From NCBI GenBank assembly GCA_044226015.1, contig JBGAHS010000006.1, positions 416,001 through 480,000 on the forward strand: a stretch of DNA of 64,000 nt. Direction: 5' to 3'. The stretch's first letter is position 1; every line of letters starts with the position of its first letter. This stretch comes from Candidatus Obscuribacteraceae bacterium (GTDB lineage: Bacteria > Cyanobacteriota > Vampirovibrionia > Obscuribacterales > Obscuribacteraceae). The notes under the pieces were generated by a model. It did no database searches. It was not told the origin of the DNA and was given only the letters and a program-made list of their open reading frames with translations. A program made the position numbers and the translations under genes. Shown in pieces: positions 60,739 to 64,000 of this stretch.

Positions 60739-63700
60739 GTGGATATCCGTTTCTGTCAAGCATGTGGAATGATCTTGCGCCAGAGCAAATCTTGCAAAGG
60801 TTGCGGCGCTTTCGCCACCGAACATTCACCCACATGCCTCAACAATGAGTTCACCCCATCGAGGGCCTTAGCTGTCGCTGTCAAAGACGACCCGCTGGTC
60901 ATTGAGCGAACGGTGAACCAGCTCAGGTATGGAATTCAGCCGATTGAAGAAAACGACGACGAAAGTCCGAGTCCAGCAGAGGAAATGAGTGCGGCTGGCA
61001 CTTATTTTCCCAAAGTCGAGGGCAAAACCTGGAACCCTAAGTCAGCACCAGTTCTAGGTGCAGGCAAGTATCAGGCGTCTTCAGAATTAATGGAGACACT
61101 CAGTAGTTTTTCCGATTCAATAGACAGCTCGACTGATTCATACGAAGAAATCCAGAAAATGAGTTCAGACGACATTTCTGACAGTTCAGAATATGACAAT
61201 TATTCCAATAGCGACTCATATTCCTCGAGCTACAGCGCTTCGAATACCGAAACTTCCGATTATGACTCGATAAGAGCTGAAAACCAGGTCACGGAACAGT
61301 CAGAAAACTTTTCGCTAATCGCATCCGACCCTGACGCTGCAATGCCCTCGTTACCTGAAGAGGAACCATACTTACCAGCAGCACCTTCTGAGCACACGCC
61401 CTCTGTCATACCATCGAGCTCGATAGGCAAAATACCCGGACCCAAATTTGGGACCACATCGATGGGAGGCATTGGTGCTTCAGCGATTGGGGCGATGGCG
61501 GCAGCAGCTGGAATGAGACAGCTCACCGAAGCAGCACAAACAGTTAAAGACAATAATGAGCCTCAACCCGAAGTTGATGACATGAACCGCTATGCAGATG
61601 CATACAATCCTTCAAACTCAGCTTTCATTCCAGAACCCAGAATTGAATCTGACCTGACTGAGACGGCGCCGGAATCACCAATATACGAGCCTCCGAAGGA
61701 CGGTCCTGCGTTTCAACCAGAGGAAACAAACAAGAGTCAAACGAGCACTTCTGACAGGGAAAAGCAAACCGCACAACCCGGCTTCTTCGATCTCAGTGGA
61801 GATGTGGATAAAGAAAAGCCAAATAGCGAAGAAAAGACTACAAAGAATTCGGGCACTATCTTCGATGCAACACCGCCCGCAGAGCCAGAGCCCGCGCCTG
61901 CACTTGCGCCGCCAGCTGCACCCGTTGAAGAAGTTAAACCGGTGAAGAAACGTGCTGTGATGAATCAAAACTTCTTTAGCGCAACAATGAATGAACCCTC
62001 GGTTTCAATCAGGGAATCTCAAGACGTTGACGACAGTAACACCCGAGTAATTTCAGATGACTCCCGTATTAGCGAAGATCGCACTGTTCTAATAAAAGAA
62101 AATAGCTCGGCAAAAAAGAAAAGAAGCGAAGTTGACGATGAAGATGCCGACGAGACTAAGGCTCGTAAGAATACTGGGAAAGCAAAAAAGAAAAAGGCAA
62201 AAGACCCAGCCAAAAAATCCTCAGCGATTAAGACAAAGCGTCGCAGTTTCAGCAGCAAGAAGGAAGACGAAGAGGATCTTGAAGAAGACGAGGATGATCT
62301 TGCAAACGGAGAAACTGATGATGATGATGATGATGAGCTAGTTGAAGACGAATCGGAGAAAAACGAGAAGGTCTCTAAAAAGTCCGTGGATGATAAAAAA
62401 TCCAAAGACAAAACAGCTAAAGACGATAAGAATTCTAAGAACAAAAATGACCTTCTCTCAGACCTTGTCGACCTGACAAAAAAAGAGAAGCCAAAGTCCG
62501 GTCCGAAATACCACGACCGATTTTCCAAAAACAGTGCCAAAGAGCCGGTAAAAACAGTAACAGTACTTGGGCGAACATTTTCACAAAAATTTCTGATCAC
62601 CATCGGACTGCTGGTCATGATGGCAGGGTTCCCATCCCTCGTACTTATTTCAACCGTATACACGATATTCCACGATTTGTTTCCTGGCAAGTCTCAAGCC
62701 ACCGCCAATTCAGGTGGCACCACAGCGCAGGGTCCTAGCCCGATAAGCATCGGACAATCAGGACTCAGCGGGAAATGGGACTTAGCATTTCAAAATCAAA
62801 CCACTATAGAAAAATGCTCTATGAATCTGGAGCAAAGAGGGAACGTGATTCAGGGATTGGGTGCTGATCGAAGAGGACCCTTTCAAATTGGTGGCACCGT
62901 AAACGGTACCACAGTGAATTTCACAAAAGTCTACGTACAACAAGGTCAGGTAGTAGGCAAACCAATTCAATATCAAGGTGTACTATCCACAAGAACCATT
63001 CAGACAGGTCCCGTGCTGCAATTAGACGGGAAGTGGGAAGTAACAAAGAGACAGGGTTATAGCTGGCGAGCACAAGTAGTAACGTACAGCGGACCATTTC
63101 AGGCGAGATTGACAGCTCCTTCAGAGACTGCCTCCGCCACTGGTGCTAGTACGGGTGCCAATGGAACCAGTACACCGGGCAACACAGAACGAGATCCTAA
63201 AAAAGCTCACGGATTTTTCTTCAATGTGGCGATAGGTATTGTCGGCATCGGTGTTGCTATTGCGATGCTTTCATTAAAGTTCTTCGGACCGTCCGGTTTG
63301 CTTAATATATGGGCCAAGAAGGAATACATTCCATCGCAGTTCAAGGCACAACATTTCAAAATGGTAAAGGAAATGGGCAAACCTTTGCGCGCTGGCGACA
63401 TTCCCCTCGGAATGAGAGAAGAATGGGGACTCCACCAGTTCTGGCTTCCCCGTTCACTTTGCCTTCCTTCCGAAGTCCGAGACAAAAACCCCCACATTCT
63501 TATTGTAGGAGCCGGGGCAACGGGCAAATCAAGACTACTTGCCAGTATGGCTGCCCAAGACATAAAGAACAACGACAGAGCGGTTGTCGTCATCGATTCG
63601 GACGGTTCGCTTGCCGATCTTTTGCTGGACTGGATTGCAAGTCAACCAGATGCATCAGCCTTAGCGAAAAGAGTGTTAGTTGTAGATCCGACAAACAACA

Positions 63701-64000
63701 TCAATGAAACTACATACAATCCTCTGGAATTTCCTCCAGATGGCGACTTGCAAAATACGGCATCTGCACTGGTGTTTGGATTCAAAGCTGCGTACACCGA
63801 GCCCCCAGGCTCACAAACCCAATGGAACCAACAAACTGCAAACATCTTACGCAACTGTGCTGTTCTCTTGATGGCAAACAACAAGACTTTGACTGACTTA
63901 CCCGTTCTGCTTTCTGACAACGACTTCAGAGATGTCTTGCTCGAAAAGGTTGAAGCCGAGAAACATCAGCGCAGTGAATATATAACGCTGGTCGATGCGT
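60739..64000 (+). CDS. Giant VirD4/TraD (type IV coupling protein)/HerA-FtsK-like ATPase with N-terminal zinc ribbon, disordered region and two TM helices; partial and absent from the ORF track
   Basis: Manual translation from GTG 60739 is open to 64000: MDIRFCQACG...CKGCG; acidic/basic disordered tract; TM at ~62590-62670; beta-rich domain; TM at ~63210-63285; PHILIVGAGATGKS, VVVIDSDGSL, RVLVVDP, YNPLE, ILRN. Confidence 0.88.
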   Translation, partial: MDIRFCQACGMILRQSKSCKGCGAFATEHSPTCLNNEFTPSRALAVAVKDDPLVIERTVNQLRYGIQPIEENDDESPSPAEEMSAAGTYFPKVEGKTWNPKSAPVLGAGKYQASSELMETLSSFSDSIDSSTDSYEEIQKMSSDDISDSSEYDNYSNSDSYSSSYSASNTETSDYDSIRAENQVTEQSENFSLIASDPDAAMPSLPEEEPYLPAAPSEHTPSVIPSSSIGKIPGPKFGTTSMGGIGASAIGAMAAAAGMRQLTEAAQTVKDNNEPQPEVDDMNRYADAYNPSNSAFIPEPRIESDLTETAPESPIYEPPKDGPAFQPEETNKSQTSTSDREKQTAQPGFFDLSGDVDKEKPNSEEKTTKNSGTIFDATPPAEPEPAPALAPPAAPVEEVKPVKKRAVMNQNFFSATMNEPSVSIRESQDVDDSNTRVISDDSRISEDRTVLIKENSSAKKKRSEVDDEDADETKARKNTGKAKKKKAKDPAKKSSAIKTKRRSFSSKKEDEEDLEEDEDDLANGETDDDDDDELVEDESEKNEKVSKKSVDDKKSKDKTAKDDKNSKNKNDLLSDLVDLTKKEKPKSGPKYHDRFSKNSAKEPVKTVTVLGRTFSQKFLITIGLLVMMAGFPSLVLISTVYTIFHDLFPGKSQATANSGGTTAQGPSPISIGQSGLSGKWDLAFQNQTTIEKCSMNLEQRGNVIQGLGADRRGPFQIGGTVNGTTVNFTKVYVQQGQVVGKPIQYQGVLSTRTIQTGPVLQLDGKWEVTKRQGYSWRAQVVTYSGPFQARLTAPSETASATGASTGANGTSTPGNTERDPKKAHGFFFNVAIGIVGIGVAIAMLSLKFFGPSGLLNIWAKKEYIPSQFKAQHFKMVKEMGKPLRAGDIPLGMREEWGLHQFWLPRSLCLPSEVRDKNPHILIVGAGATGKSRLLASMAAQDIKNNDRAVVVIDSDGSLADLLLDWIASQPDASALAKRVLVVDPTNNINETTYNPLEFPPDGDLQNTASALVFGFKAAYTEPPGSQTQWNQQTANILRNCAVLLMANNKTLTDLPVLLSDNDFRDVLLEKVEAEKHQRSEYITLVDA

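Noticed and set aside
61260..63920. Several short ORFs listed in the track (e.g. 62019..62690 -, 63309..63707 +)
   Set aside because: They are shadows of the single long + frame starting at 60739.
1..64000. Prophage, IS element or integrative element
   Set aside because: No integrase, transposase, phage structural gene, tRNA or terminal repeat was recognised.

Overview
A gene-dense bacterial chromosomal window with no rRNA, tRNA, CRISPR array, transposase or prophage that I can recognise. The gene content suggests Vampirovibrionia/Melainabacteria, probably Ca. Obscuribacterales; this is an inference from Ser/Thr kinase-TPR, stand-alone MshEN repeats, Tad pseudopilins, HAMP-PAS kinases, a giant low-complexity LysM protein and a cyanobacterial-type Pho-box-like repeat. 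In order, the window holds: the end of a surface-glycan cluster (GT2, GT2-GT4 fusion, DegT aminotransferase); a PiT transporter; secreted hydrolases (DUF4434, arylsulfatase, GH15-like, S1/P1 nuclease); housekeeping genes (rnd, gnd, DEAD-box helicase, argS); an AAC(3) acetyltransferase; a TadE-TadG-TadE trio; a RecB/Cas4-like nuclease-SF1 helicase; two anthrax-LF-like zinc proteases; and signalling genes. Two real CDSs are missing from the supplied ORF track because they run off the window edges: a GT2 at <1..766 (-) and a >1087-aa zinc-ribbon/disordered/2TM/VirD4-like ATPase at 60739..>64000 (+). The most notable observations are (i) a ~790-nt intergenic stretch (44095-44881) made almost entirely of consecutive hairpins, a candidate large structured ncRNA; (ii) a tandem histidine kinase whose halves have lost complementary catalytic parts; and (iii) the giant coupling-protein-like ATPase, together with effector-like proteins. 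All family calls come from motif recognition by eye, not from database searches.
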